From positions 7,006,001 to 7,070,000 of the forward strand of contig NC_092003.1 in the NCBI RefSeq assembly GCF_044704955.1: a stretch of 64,000 bases of DNA. Direction: 5' to 3'. This stretch comes from Pristiophorus japonicus. Lineage: Eukaryota. The notes under the pieces were generated by a model. The model was not told the DNA's origin. It did not search any database and worked only from the letters and a program-made list of their open reading frames with translations. Both the position numbers and the translations under genes were made by a program. Of this stretch, positions 1 to 12,589 are shown one piece after another (within the stretch, counting starts at the first letter, position 1; the number at the start of each line of letters is the position of its first letter).

Positions 1-950
1 AGGGGCAGTACTGAGGGAGCACTGCACTGTCAGAAAGGCAGTGCAGAGGGAGCGCCGCACTGTCGAAGGGGCAGTACTGAGGGAGCGCCGCACTGTCGGA
101 GGGACAGTACTGAGGGAGCGCCACACTGTCGGAGGGGCAGTACTGAGGGAGCGCCGCACTTTCGGAGGGGCAGTACTGAGGGGGCGCCGCACTGTCGGAG
201 GGGTAGTACTGAGGGAGCGCCGCACTGTCGGAGGGATGTACTGAGGGAGCGCCGCACTGTCGGAGGGGCCAGTACTGAGGGAGTGCCGCACTGTCGGAGG
301 GGCAGTACTGAGGGAGCGCCGCACTGTCGGAGGGATGTACTGAGGGAGCGCCGCACTGTCGGAGGGGCCAGTACTGAGGGAGGGCCGTACTGTCGGAGGG
401 GCAGTACTGAGGGAGCGCCGCACTGTCGGAGGGGCAGTACTGAGGGAGTGCCGCACTGTCGGAGGGGCAGTACTGAGGGAGTGCCGCACTGCCGGAGGGG
501 CAGTACTGAGGGAACGCCGCACTGCCGGAGGGGCAGTACTGAGGGACGCTGGACTGTCGGAGGGGCAGTACTGAGGGAGCGCCGCACTGTTGGAGGGAGC
601 GCTGTGCTTTCAGAGGGGCGACACTGAGGGAGCGCTGCACTGTCGGAGCTGCCATCTTTCAGATGAGTCGTTAAACTGAGGTCTGCCCTCTCAGGTGGAT
701 GTAAAAGATCCCACGCATGCTATTTCTAACAGAAACAGCAGAGTTATCTCCGGTGTCCTCGGCCAATATTTATCCCTCAATCAACATCACCAAAATTGAT
801 GATCTGGGTCATTATCACTTTTCTTGTTTGTGGGAGCTCGCTGTGCGCAAATTGGTTGCTGCATTTCCAATATTAAAGCACTGACTGTGTCAAAAAGTAC
901 TTCATTGGATGTAAAGCGCTTTGGGACGTCTGGTGGCCATGGGAGGCGCT
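1..950 (+). mobile_element. Deu-domain SINE (SacSINE1/DeuSINE-like) with expanded internal 33-bp minisatellite (1-~650)
   Basis: Tandem GAGGGAGCGCCGCACTGTCGGAGGGGCAGTACT units, then the Deu-like core (CTTTCAGATGAG...GGTGGATGTAAAAGATCCC...CCGGTGTCCT.GGCCAATATTTATCCCTC) and tail (AAGCGCTTTGGGACG). The ORF-track proteins here are repeat read-throughs. Confidence 0.8.
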
Positions 951-2084
951 GTGTGAACAGCAAGAAAAAAAAATGACTGGGTGGGTGGGTGGGTTTGGTT
1001 GCAGCGTCCGACCAGTGGAAGAGTCCAAGTGCTGGACAGGATAAACTACGGGGGGCGGCGGGTGGATGGAATTTGAATACACTTGGGAGCTGGGCAGACA
1101 GGTGCAGTTCAATGTAGAAATACGCAAAGTGCTTCACATGGGGAGGGGGCAAGTAATCCAGGAAGGAAATATTACTCAAATGGAAAGAAAATAACCGGGA
1201 CAGAATACATGAGAGGCCTACGGGTCCTGTTTGAGAATGTGGGACCAAAAGTCCGGAATATCTCGCTTTCGGCGCCGTCTAAGATGACACATGCTGGGTT
1301 AGAAGCTTTTCTGATGAGCGTGGGTTGTAAATCGGGTCCGAGATGAAAGGAGAGCATGTCGCCACAGGAAAGCCAATCGAATGTGTCAATTTGGTCACCT
1401 GTGTATTTATCGTAGTAACATTCATGGCAAGAGTCCATTGCAGCAATAAACCAATTTCAGGACAGTTGAGTGGTCAGCTGTTTCATTTACATTGTCATTC
1501 TGTTAGTATTTGTATGTGCTTTTGATGCGCCGTGATTTATTGATAGTATGTAAGGAATGTAGAGTTCAAAGACCTGGTTTTGTGCAAGAGATGTGGCTGA
1601 ACACACGAGAATTGTGTCTCGAGAGCAGGGAGCACGCGCGGGTTTTGTGAAGTGTGTGTCTCAGTATCTTTCATACAGGTCTTTGTGTAGTCATGGAGGT
1701 TTAAATGAAGGTCTGATCCTGTCATTACTGCACACGAGCGCGTGTGTAATCTGACGATTAAAGCAACCAAACGAAAAAGACCCAAGAGAGCAGTCCGAAT
1801 ATACTGAAGCGATCGCAACAATGCTCGGTGGCAGCGAGAGAAAGAAATCAGGTGTATTGAAGGTGTCAACATTGAGGCGATCCCGCTGTGGGAGCGAAAT
1901 CCCGTATTTCTGAAATACTTGGTTATCGGTGCAGTCTGGAGATGACACGTGCTGGGTCAAAGGTGAAGCAGCTTTCTGATTGTAGCTTGCTCGATGATAT
2001 GGATGCTTGACGATATGGAGCCATTCAAATGTGTCAATCTGATCACCTGTGTGTTTCCCGTAATTCAGGGCAGGGGTCGACTGT

Positions 2085-2540
2085 GGCAATCAGACCTGAT
2101 CTCAGGACAGTAAGTCATTTGGAGAGCGACGTCAGCGAAGAGTGACGTCATCAATGTCCAGGTCGGTGATTGGAGCGTGGGCAGATACAGCAGGGGCGGC
2201 AAAGGACCATGGAGGGACGTGATCGGGGCCCAGGAGAGGCGGGAGTTCAGGGCCCAGGGGCAGCACGGGCTCAGCCCACACTGTGCGATATGTGCGCGCA
2301 CTAGGTCTGTGCAGCAGAGCTGGTCTCCAGTCGTCCTGGTTAACCCTTGCCACTGGACCGAGGCCTCGCTCTGTCAAGCCCGTGTGGTGGCTGGTGTGCA
2401 ACGGTCACCCCATGTTAAAAAAAATCCACACACAGGCATCTTCCACCCTTCAGGATGTAGTTCGGGACCTGGAATATTAGGTCCTTTTTGGCGTGGAAGC
2501 AAATCATCCTCGCTTCGAGGGACCGCCTATGATGATGATG
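2085..2540 (+). mobile_element. Non-autonomous RTE-related retroelement
   Basis: Near-identical copies at ~4345-4985 and ~38200-38627. Ends in GTGGAAGCAA..ATCCTCG..TCGAGGGACCGCCTATGATGATG, the same 3' tail as the RTE fragment at 22030-22345. Confidence 0.6.
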
Positions 2541-2840
2541 TCAATTATTTGTATGTACCATTGGTTGGAATCAAAGACTTATTTTGTATAAACTCCTGAT
2601 CACCTAGTTTGTGTACAGTAATTCATGACGCAGTTAAGACATGATTTCAGGACAATGGTCGTTTAGTCTACAACGTCTGTATGTTAATTATTTACATATA
2701 CCATTGATTCTATGGTTTGGTATAAGAGCGAGGAGAGACAATAGTTTGCAGACACTCAAGATTAGGTGTGTGCTTAGCACGCTGGCTAGCTTTGTGAAAT
2801 GTGTGTGTGTCTCAGTAACTTTCACGCTGGTTTTGTATAG

Positions 2841-3207
2841 TGCTTTATATGCAGACGATAGATATAATCTCTGTGTAGTCACTGTATAGTTGCATGAGAT
2901 GGAGACTTGTTATCTGATGTACTTTCAATAAGGTTTACACTGTGTATATACTATACTGGCACCACTAGAGGGCGCAACTGGTGGAGACCGGGGTTTCCTG
3001 CCCCTGTGGCAGAGGCTGTCCACCAGAGGGCACTGCGGTGGGAGACCTGAGGGTCACCTGCAGAGGTGTGCAGGGCCCAGTATAAAAGGCTGCCCCACCA
3101 TGCTTGTGCCTCACTCTGGAGTTACGAATAAAGGACCAAGGTCACTATAGTTTGAGTACAACACATTGCCTCGTGGAGTCATTCATAAGTGCATGACAGA
3201 CGTAACA
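2841..3207 (+). mobile_element. Solo LTR with two CTCF-like motifs
   Basis: TG...CA ends; 5-bp TSD TATAG (2836-2840 / 3208-3212); TATAAAA and AATAAA inside; CCACTAGAGGGCGC (2962) and CCACCAGAGGGCAC (3020). Confidence 0.8.
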
Positions 3208-3364
3208 TATAGTTTGAATGTTTAAATAAAAGATCTACTTCTGCCATTACTACAACTGAGTGTGTGTGTGTGCATAATTCCGATGTTTAAAGCAACAATG
3301 CAAAAAGAGCAAGAAAGCTGTTCAACACCTGCCACTTCATAAACCATTGACACGACTGCACTTA

Positions 3365-3935
3365 GAATCATTGAAACTTACGGCACAGGAGGCCATTCAG
3401 CCCATCGCATCCGCGCCGGCCGACAAAGAGCTATCCTGCCCAATCCCACTTTCCAGCTCTTGTTCAGTAGCCCTGTAGGTTACGGCACTTCAGGCGCACA
3501 TCCAAATACTTTTTAAATGCGATGAAGGTTTCTGCCTCTACCACCCTTTCAGACAGTGAGTTCCAGACCCCCACCCTCTGGGTGAAGACATTTCCCCTCC
3601 AAACCTCCCCCTAATGACTTTAAATCTATGCCCCCTGGTTGTTAACCCCTCTGCTAAGGGAAATAGGTCCTTCCTATCCACTCTCTCCAGGCCCCTCATA
3701 ATTTTATACACCTCAATCAGGTCTCCCCTCAGCCTCCTCTGTTCCAAAGAAAACAAACCCAGCCTATCCAATCTTTCCTCGTAGATAAAATTCTCCACTC
3801 CCGGCAACATCCTCGTAAATCTCCTTGCACCCTCTCTCCTGCAATCACATCTTTTCTGTAATGTGGTGACCAGACCTGCACGCAGTACTCCAGCTGTGGC
3901 CTAACCAGTGTTTTATACAGTTCAAGCATAACCTC
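3365..3935 (-). mobile_element. CR1 LINE 3' fragment
   Basis: Minus-strand translation LYKTLVRPQLEYCVQVWSP...ERLDRLGLFSLEQRRLRGDLIEVYK is typical of the CR1 ORF2 C-terminus. Confidence 0.85.
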
Positions 3936-4344
3936 CAGTGAGCGAATAGTCAACCAATTGGAACGGGCTCCCAGGGGACCCGGAGGAAGTAGATAGAACC
4001 GATTCATGGAAAATGCAAATTGGATAGATTTCATTCCGAAAGCAAACATTTTCAGATATAGTATACGAGTAATCTGAGGTGTGGTGTGGTTACGTGTAGC
4101 AGGCTTGGGAGGAACAGGTGACCTATGGTTTCCACTGTCGTTGTAACACGTGACTACCCAGGTTGGCAGGAGGAAAACTAGATGGACCTCGGTCTTTCTA
4201 CGTCCAGCAATTCGCATGTTCCAAAGTGCAGCCCCCTACAGTCAAATAGCCTATGTACACTCACCTTGTGGGCTTGTGCATTTGGGCAATTGCAGGGAGC
4301 AGCGCGTGTTAATGCTGCAGGAGGCGATGGTTGCAAAGCCAGCT

Positions 4345-4985
4345 CGCTGACTGCAGCGTGGGCAGGCACACAGCAGGAGGGGCGAAGGGGCGGTAAGAGT
4401 TTGTACAGGGACATGATCGGGGCCCGGGAGAGGCGCGAGATCGGGGCCCAGAAGAGGCGAGGGCCCAGGGGCAGCACAGGCCCAGCCCACACTGCGATAT
4501 GGTGATAGATTAGGAAAAGGGGGGGGGGTGCAACGAGACCTGGATGTCATGCTACATCAGTCATTGAAAGTTGGCATACGGCTAAAGGGATCAAGGGGTG
4601 TGGAGAGAAAGCAGGAATGGAGTACTGAAGTTGCATGATCAGCCATGATCATATTGAATGGTGGTGCAGGCTCGAAGGGCCGACTGGCCTACTCCTGCAC
4701 CTATTTTCTATGTGGGCGCACTGGGTCCGTGCAGCAGAGCAGGTCTCCAGTCGTCCTGGTTAACCCTTGCCCCTGGACCAAGACCTCGCTCTGTCAAGCC
4801 CCGTGTGGTGGCTGGTGTGCAACGGTCACCCCACGTTAAAAAAACCCACCCACAGGCGTCTTCCACCCTTCGGGATGGAGTTCGGGATCCGGAATATTAG
4901 GTCCTTCATTGAAACAACGGTGAACTCATCGCTTTTTGGCGTGGAAGCAATTCATCCTCGCTTCGAGGGGCCGCCTGTGATGACC
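4345..4985 (+). mobile_element. RTE-related non-autonomous element interrupted by a short CR1 3' piece (~4500-4712)
   Basis: Same sequence as 2085-2540, split at CTGCGATATG|TGTGGGCGCACT by a CR1 tail. Confidence 0.6.
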
Positions 4986-5435
4986 AGAAGCACGGAGCAC
5001 TGTCGCTTCCCCCTCCACTCTTTTTCTCCCCTGAAGGTGCAGTCTACTCTCGCTGGCAGCCAGTTCCATGGCTATTCTTCACGGTCCGAGTCCTGAGCAC
5101 TAGTGACAGGCTCGGCAGTCAGGGTGGCGGGGCAAGGCGTAGGTCACAGCCCAATTCACGGTACGAAAGCAACAAATTCATCTGTACAAAAGGCTTTGGC
5201 TCCAACAATGACTTTGCCTAGGTTTGGCCCTATTCCACTGTTAGACAGACGGCAGCCCTTATAAGCAGCAACGTCCCGATGTATGCTTTGTGATTGACCT
5301 ACCTTGCTGCTAATTGCGTTTTTTTTTTAAAAAGCCCTGACGTGTTACAGCTCCGCTCTAAAATGGGGCGGTGGTGATGTGGGTGTTTTAAGCCTCTTTG
5401 TTCCAACAAAAACGACACACACTCATGTGCCAGGG

Positions 5436-5870
5436 ACCACGGGTACGGTAGCACAGTGGTTATGTTACTGTAGCAGTGATCCAGAGGCCTGGACTAATGA
5501 TACGCGAGACCGGAGTTCAAATCCCGCCACGGCAGCTGGGGAATTTAATTTCAGTGAATTGACTGAAAAGCTTGCATCAGTAATGTTGACCGTGCAACTA
5601 TCTGGTTCACTTTAGGGAAGGAAATTTCCCGGTCTGGGCGATATGTGACTCCAGACCCACTCCCATGCGGTTGACTCTTAACTGCCCCTCTGAAACGGCC
5701 CGGCGAGCCCCTCAGTTGTACTAAACCATCTACGATAAGACAACAAGAATAAACACCACACGGGACTGCAGCGGTTCAAGAAGGCAACTCCTGGAGGGAC
5801 AATTGGGAATGGGCAATAAATACTGGGCCTTGTCGCCGGCGCCCACATCCCGGGAACGAATACCAAAAAA
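5436..5870 (+). mobile_element. tRNA-derived SINE
   Basis: A-box-like TAGCACAGTGG, B-box-like GAGTTCAAATCC, and a 3' end GGGCAATAAATACTGGGCC...CCACATCCCGGGAACGAAT followed by an A-run. Confidence 0.55.
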
Positions 5871-5989
5871 AAACCCTGAAAGGGGTGCCTGAAGTAAATT
5901 TTACTGGGAGATTTGAAAGTACAGAAAATTCGGTTGAACAATTCTGTCGTGACTTCTGCTTTTAATGTTCAAAACCTTCCTTTCTAGGA

Positions 5990-6250
5990 GATTACCCACA
6001 GGTCAAAACAAAATGGCAGCCGAGCGAGTTGGCACTTTTGAGTCATTTCATTGGCTCCCGCTATTGGCTGATGAGTAGGTTTTTTTTGTACCTCCTTAGT
6101 TTCTTGATTGGTGGGTTCCGTCCTACTTGCCACCTGCTGATTGGTCGGTTCCCTGGCAGTTCAGTTCTGTCTCGTCGCTGTTTGTACGAAGTACATTTGA
6201 GCCAGCCAATCGGATGGCAGCGCGACACATCATGTGACGGACGTGTGCCA
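5990..6250 (-). promoter_or_regulatory. Putative CCAAT/YY1 promoter with a possible non-coding first exon, for a leftward transcript
   Basis: Four ATTGG and one CCAAT within ~6050-6212; CAAAATGGC (YY1-like) at ~6009; minus-strand donor-like TGG|GTAATC at 5995. Confidence 0.4.
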
Positions 6251-6609
6251 GTTACAAGGCATCGAGGTATATGGACATAAAATACACCGTCACTCCAAGG
6301 CCAAATGACCAGTCCTGTTGTAAAGGCACTGCGCAGCATTAATATATATAAAAAAATAGACCATAGGATGTGGAGTTAGATACCTGGCCTGTGTTTAGTT
6401 AGCCAGGACATTACAGTTGGCCTGAACACCCTTGAAGCACAGATTGGATAAAGCATAGACTCTCCCATCGTGCCTGTGCCAGCTCTTTGAAAGAGCGATC
6501 CCATTAGTCCCACTCCCCCTGCTGTTCCCCTATAGGCCGCAATTTCATTCTCCTTTTGAGTAAATTGGCCAGGGACCAGGCTCCTGGTCGTTAGCCACTG
6601 ACCTGTGGC

Positions 6610-7200
6610 AGTCTCGCCTCTAAGTGTTTGTGGGATCAAGTCCCACTCCAGCGACTTGAGCACGTAAATCTAGGCGGACACTCCAGTGCGGTGCTGAGGG
6701 AGCGCCGCACTGTCGGAGGGGCGGTGCTGAGGGAGCGCCGCACTGTCGGAGGGGCGGTGCTGAGGGAGCGCCGCACTGTCGGAGGGGCGGTGCTGAGGGA
6801 GCGCCGCACTGTCGGAGGGGCGGTGCTGAGGGAGCGCCGCACTGTCGGAGGGGCGGTGCTGAGGGAGCGCCGTACTGTCGGAGGTGCTGTCTTTCGGATG
6901 AGACAGTAAACCGAGGCCCCTCATGTGGACACAAAAGATCCCACGGCCATTATTTCGAAGACGAGTTCTCCCCGGTGTCCTGGGGCCAATACTGATCCCT
7001 CGATCAACATCTAAAACAAATGATCTGGGTCTTTATCACATTGCTGTCTGTGGGAGCTTGCTGTGTGCAAATTGGCTGCTGCGTTTCCTGCAGTACAACA
7101 GTGGCCACACTTCAAAAAGTACTTCATTGGCTGTAAGGCGCTTTGGGACGTCCGGTGGTCGTGAAAGGCGTTACGTAAATGCAAGTCTGTCCTTCTTTTC
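6610..7200 (+). mobile_element. Deu-domain SINE with ~6 x 33-bp internal repeat
   Basis: Head remnant, array at 6690-6885, Deu core and tail. Confidence 0.8.
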
Positions 7201-7209
7201 TCTGCTGGA

Positions 7210-7868
7210 AAGCACCTGTGCATATGCAGGTACAGCAAGCAGTTAGGAAAGCAAATGGTATGTTGGCCTTTATTACAGGGGGATTTGAGTATAAGAGTAA
7301 AGACGTCTTACTGCAATTATACAGGGCCCTGGTGAGACCGCACCGGGAGTACTGTGTACAGTTCTGGTCTCCTTCCCTAAGGGAGGATATACTTGCCATT
7401 GAGGGAGTTCCTGGGATGGGGGGATTGTCCTATGAGGAGACATTGAGCAGACTAGGCCGATATTCTCTGGAGTTTAGAAGAATGAGAGGTGATCTCATTG
7501 AAACACACACAATTCTTACAGATCTCGACAGGGTAGATACAGGGAGGGTGTTTCCCCCCCGGGGCTGGGGAGTCTAGAACCAGGGGTCTCACAGTCTCAG
7601 GATAAGGGGTCGGCCATTTAGGACTGAGATGAGGAGGAATTTCTTCACTCAGAGGGGGGTGAATCGTTGGAATTCTCTGCCCCAGAGGGCTGTGGAGCCT
7701 CAGTCTTTTGAGTATATTAAAGGCTGAGATCGACAGATTTTTGGATATTAAGGGAATCGAGGGATCGGGCGGGAAAGTGGAGTTGAGGTCGAAGATCAGC
7801 CGTGATCTCATTGGATGGCGGAGCGGGCTCGAGGGGCCCAATGGACCGCTCCTGCTCCTAATTCTTAG
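7210..7868 (+). mobile_element. CR1 LINE 3' fragment
   Basis: MQVQQAVRKANGMLAFI...LYRALVRPH.EYCVQFWSP...RRMRGDLIE, followed by the CR1 3' UTR. Confidence 0.85.
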
Positions 7869-8629
7869 GCTGTCACAAAGAACGTCACTTGGGCGAGGTA
7901 GTGGATGGAAGAGCACCTTGCCTGGAGTTGTACCCCCATTCCATCGGAGAGGAGGGGGGCCGGGGGGAGAGAGCGTGCCAACCGCTCATTCTTTTGCAGA
8001 ACGCCGATGAAATGAATCGGGACTTATTGCGTACGTTACTCAATCAGCGGATTCCAACGTAGCCGCGAGAGGCCTCAGGCCTGGCTTCCCAGGTGCGGAG
8101 AATGGTCGTGACACACGCGCGTGCCGGCGGCTATCTCCTAGCGACGGCCGTCTGCCCGCAGTTATCGGCGGTTAAAGGGAAAGCTCTGCACAGCAGCCTG
8201 GTGGGCAATCGGTGCGAGCCATTCTGGCCGAGACTCTCTGCCTTTGCCGCGAGTTTCCTCGACTCCCCTACCCCGCAGCATGCTACCCCGCCAGCATCTC
8301 GGCAAAACCCCAGCCCTGCCTGCGCGAGGTGGGAAAAAGGCCGGCCGGCAGCTCAAGAACAACAAGGCATCGGGAGCGGCTGGAACCACCCCCCACCCCG
8401 CTGAGGCGCTAAAGCATGGCGGAGAGGCACGGTTGGCACGCGTGCATGGAAGGAGCAGAGCATACTGGGAGATCTCAGAGATGCCGTAATCGTGACCCTC
8501 TTTTAAAAAAAAAGGGGACAAGTCTGACTGCGGCAGTGCGGAGGAATCTCCCTGTTGTCGGCCACTGGGAAAGTCATCGCTAGAATCTTCCTCGACCGTC
8601 ACATCACAGGAAGGGTGTGACTGCACGCA

Positions 8630-10700
8630 AAAGTGGTGCAGGCTCGAAGGGTCGAATGGCCTATTCCTGCACCTATTTTCTATGAGAGGGTGCAGAGGAG
8701 ATTTACCAGGACAGGAGAATTTTAGCGGCGAGGAAAGATTGGATAGGCTGGGGTTGTTTTCTTTGGAACAGAGGAGGCTGAGGGGAGACCTGATTGAGGT
8801 GTATAAAATGATGAGGGGGCCTGGATAGAGTGGATAGGACGAACCGGTTTCCCTTGGCAGAGGGGTCAACAACCAGGGGGACATAGATTTAAAGTAATTG
8901 GGGGGAGGTTTAGAGGGGATCTGAGGGGAAATGTTTTCACCCAGAGGGTGGTGGGGGTCTGGGGCGGAACTCACTGCCTGAAAGGGTGGTAGAGGCAGAA
9001 ACCCTCACCACATTTAAACAGTACTTGGGATGTGCACTTGTAACCGACAGGGCTACGGACCGAGAGCGGGAAAGTGGGATTAGGCCAGACAGCTTTTTGT
9101 TGGCCGGCACGGGCACGATGGGCCAAATGGCCTCCTTCTGTGCCATAAATGTCTATGACTGATATTGCCCATTGACCAGATCCACCCGGATGTAACAAGA
9201 GAGAATCTGGACTGTACACGAACGTATTATTCCAACTCCCGCCCCCTAACCCCCTGCTCACAAGCAATGCAGATTTTCAGAGACATCGCTGTGAGAGCGA
9301 CTGCCTGTCCCCGTTAGCATTGTGCTGCTAGCCTGCCGGGCAAATGCAATACTCCAGACCGCTGACGCCAATCCATTCCCGCTGCAGCTTTGTTGATAAG
9401 GGCTGGGTGTGTAACCATGTTGAAGCACTTCAGAGGGTCCCACGGGTGGTTTCAGGTCTGTGTTGAGTTAGCTCATTCCAGTGGAGGCTTTACAATCCGC
9501 ATCGATGCCTCGGGCAAAGGAAGGGAGGAAATTGTCCCACGTTCCTGTCCCCGTTTACACGGAATGTACGGCACAGAGACAGGCCATTCGGCCCCACTGC
9601 TCCGTGCCGGTGTTTATGATGCACACGAGCCCCCTCCCTCCCCTCTCCATCTCACCATGTCCTTCTATTCCCTTCTCCCTCGTGTGTTTATCCAGCTTCC
9701 CCTTAAATGCATCGATACTATTCGCCTCAACCCCTCCCTGTGGCAGCGAGTTCCACATTCTCACCCCTCTCTGGGTGAAGGCGTTTCTCCTGAATTCCCC
9801 GATTGGATTGAACATAAGAATAATTAGGAACAGGAGTAGGCCATCTAGCCCCTCGAGCCTGCTCCGCCACTCAACAAGATCATGGCTGATCTGGCCGTGG
9901 ACTCAGCTCCACTTACCCGCCCGCTCCCCGTAACCCTTAATTCCCTTATTGGTTAAAAATCTATCTATCTGTGACTTGAATACATTCAATGAGCTAGCCT
10001 CAACTGCTTCCTTGGGCAGAGAATTCCACAGATTCACAACCCTCTGGGAGAAGAAATTACTTCTCAACTCGGTTTTAATTGGCTCCCCCGTATTTTGAGG
10101 CTGTGCCCCCTAGTTCTAGTCTCCCCGACCAGTGGAAACAACCTCTCTGCCTCTATCCCTTTCATTATTTTAAATGTTTCTATAAGATCACCCCTCATCC
10201 TTCTGAACTCCAACGAGTAAAGACCCAGTCTACTCAATCTATCATCATCAGGTAACCCCCTCATCTCCGGAATCAGCCTCGTGAATCGTCTCTGTACCCC
10301 CTCCAAAGCCAGTATATCCTTCCTTAAGTAAGGTGACCAAAACTGCACGCAGTACTCCAGGTGCGGCCTCACCAATACCCTGTACAGTTGCAGCAGGACC
10401 TCCCTGCTTTTGTACTCCATCCCTCCATTGATTACTGACCCTCTTACAGTTATAGAATCGTAGAATGGTTACAGAGCAGGAGGCCGCCATTCGGCCCATC
10501 GAGCCCGTGCCGGCTCTCTGCAAGAGCACCTCAGCCAGTCCCACTCCCCCGCCCTTTCCCCGGAGCCCTGCAAATCTATTTCCTTCAGCTACTTATCCAA
10601 CTCCCTTTTGAAAGCCATGATTGAGTCTGCCTCCACCAGCCTCTCAGTCAGCGCATTCCAGATCCCAGCCACTCGTCGCCCCCTACTGAACCCTTTCCCC
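8630..10700. mobile_element. Cluster of CR1 3' fragments (+ ~8630-9150; - ~9495-9800, ~9810-10430, ~10450-10680)
   Basis: CR1 ORF2 C-terminal motifs (e.g. ORF 10064-10420) and the conserved 3' UTR GGCCATTCGGCCC/CTCGAGCCTGCTCCGCC. Confidence 0.75.
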
Positions 10701-10769
10701 GATTTTAAAGACCTCTATCACATCACTTTTCAGTCGTCTCTGAGAGAAAACCTTTCCTGATAGGTAAAA

Positions 10770-11878
10770 TGACTTGGATTTATATAGCGCCTTTCACGAC
10801 CACCAGATGTCTCAAAGCGCTTTACAGCCAATGAAGTACTTTTGGAGTGTAGTCACTGTTGTAATGTGGGAAATGCGACAGCCATTTTGCGCACAGCAAG
10901 CTCCCACACACAGCGATATGTTAACGAGCATAAAGTTTTCGTTATGTTGAATGAGGGATAAATATTGGCCAGGACAGCGGGGAGAACTCCCCTGCTCTTC
11001 TTCGAAATAGTGCCGTGCGATCTTTTACGTCCACCTGAGAGCAGACAGGACCTCGGTTTAACGTCTCATCCGAAAGACAGCCCCTCCAACAGTGTGGCAC
11101 TCCCTCAGCACTGCCCCTCCGACAATGCAGCCGTCCTTCAATACTGCCCCTCCGACAGTGCGGCACTCCCTCAGTACTGCCCCTCCGACAGTGCGGCGCT
11201 CCCTCAGTACTGCCCCTCCGACAGTGCGGCGCTCCCTCAGTACTGCCCCTCCGACAGTGCGGCACTCCCTCAGCATCAGCCCCCCGACAGTGCGGCACTC
11301 CCTCAGTACTGCCCCTCCGACAGCGCAGTACGGCGCTCCCTCAGTACTGCCCCTCCGACAGCGCAGTACGGCGCTCCCTCAGTACTGCCCCTCCGACAGC
11401 GCAGTACGGCGCTCCCTCAGTACTGCCCCTCCGACAGCGCAGTACGGCGCTCCCTCAGCACTGCCCCTCCAGACAGCGCAGTACGGCGCTCCCTCAGCAC
11501 TGCCCCTCCGACAGCGCAGTACGGCGCTCCCTCAGCACTGCCCCTCCAGACAGCGCAGTACGGCGCTCCCTCAGTACTGCCCCTCCGACAGCGCAGTACG
11601 GCGCTCCCTCAGTACTGCCCCTCCGACAGCGCAGTACGGCGCTCCCTCAGTACTGCCCCTCCGACAGCGCAGTACGGCGCTCCCTCAGTACTGCCCCTCC
11701 GACAGCGCAGTACGGCGCTCCCTCAGTACTGCCCCTCTGACAGCGCAGTACGGCGCTCCCTCAGTACTGCCCCTCCCTCTGGGAGCGGCAGCCTAGGTTT
11801 ATGTGCTCGAGTCCCTGGAGTGGGATGTGAACTCTCAACCTCGTGACTCAGAGGCTGTCCACTGAGCCACAGCTGACT
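10770..11878 (-). mobile_element. Deu-domain SINE with 33-bp and variant 38-bp internal arrays
   Basis: Reverse complement of the full SINE: tail at 10770, core, array at 11080-11780, tRNA head ending GAGCCACAGCTGAC at ~11878. Confidence 0.8.
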
Positions 11879-12589
11879 TTATACCTCTCAGTGCCGGTAT
11901 CATCCTTGTAAATCTTCTGCACTGCCTCTGTCAATTTTTGTATTTCGGGGCGGCCAGAACCACGGGCATTATCAGAGACCAGAGCCGCGCTCAGTATGCA
12001 GTGACCCTTGGCTGCGGAAAGCCCCACCAATAGCCGGCTGAGGTTGCGCGTCGGTTAACGTATGAGGAACGAGCGTTTGGAACCGGAGGCCAAGCAGGCA
12101 GTACCCTCGCACGGGAGGGTCAGAGCAGAAATGTGTGTGTGCAAATATGTTCACGAGAGAAAACGTACGAATGGGGGGGGGGGGGCTGGAGAAAAATAAA
12201 TAAAAGTTTTTTTTTTAAATTGTATTTCAATGTCAGCTTTAGCGATTGTTTCTAAAAGCAAGACTCATTGTGCAGTGAACCGCGTCAACGTATACAGGCA
12301 GCTTTACTGTGGCCAAGTCAGTGCTGCCATTGCCCCGGGAGGACAGAAGTGCTTTATCATTTACTTCACAATGTGCTATTCTGTCGGCAAGCTGCAGCTG
12401 CAGACCCGGTTTGATTGTGAAGCAAGGAGAAGACTCGGGTCATCCAGAGATTAATTGCTTTTTTTGTGGTGCCCCCGCCACTGTGCGAACCTGGTGGGTT
12501 TCAGGTGGAGCGCGGGAGCAGGCAGCGTTTTAAGATTGTGTGGAACTTCGGACAAAGTGTGCATTATGTCCGCGCGCATACCACCGTTG

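Noticed and set aside
5436-5535. tRNA gene (also 31438-31500 and 62110-62190)
   Set aside because: A/B-box-like motifs run into SINE bodies with no complete cloverleaf; these are SINE heads.
7870-8630. GC-rich unique stretch with short ORFs (similar unique stretches at 11940-12590 and 13290-14140)
   Set aside because: No recognisable protein similarity or consistent splice-site pairs; no feature can be supported.
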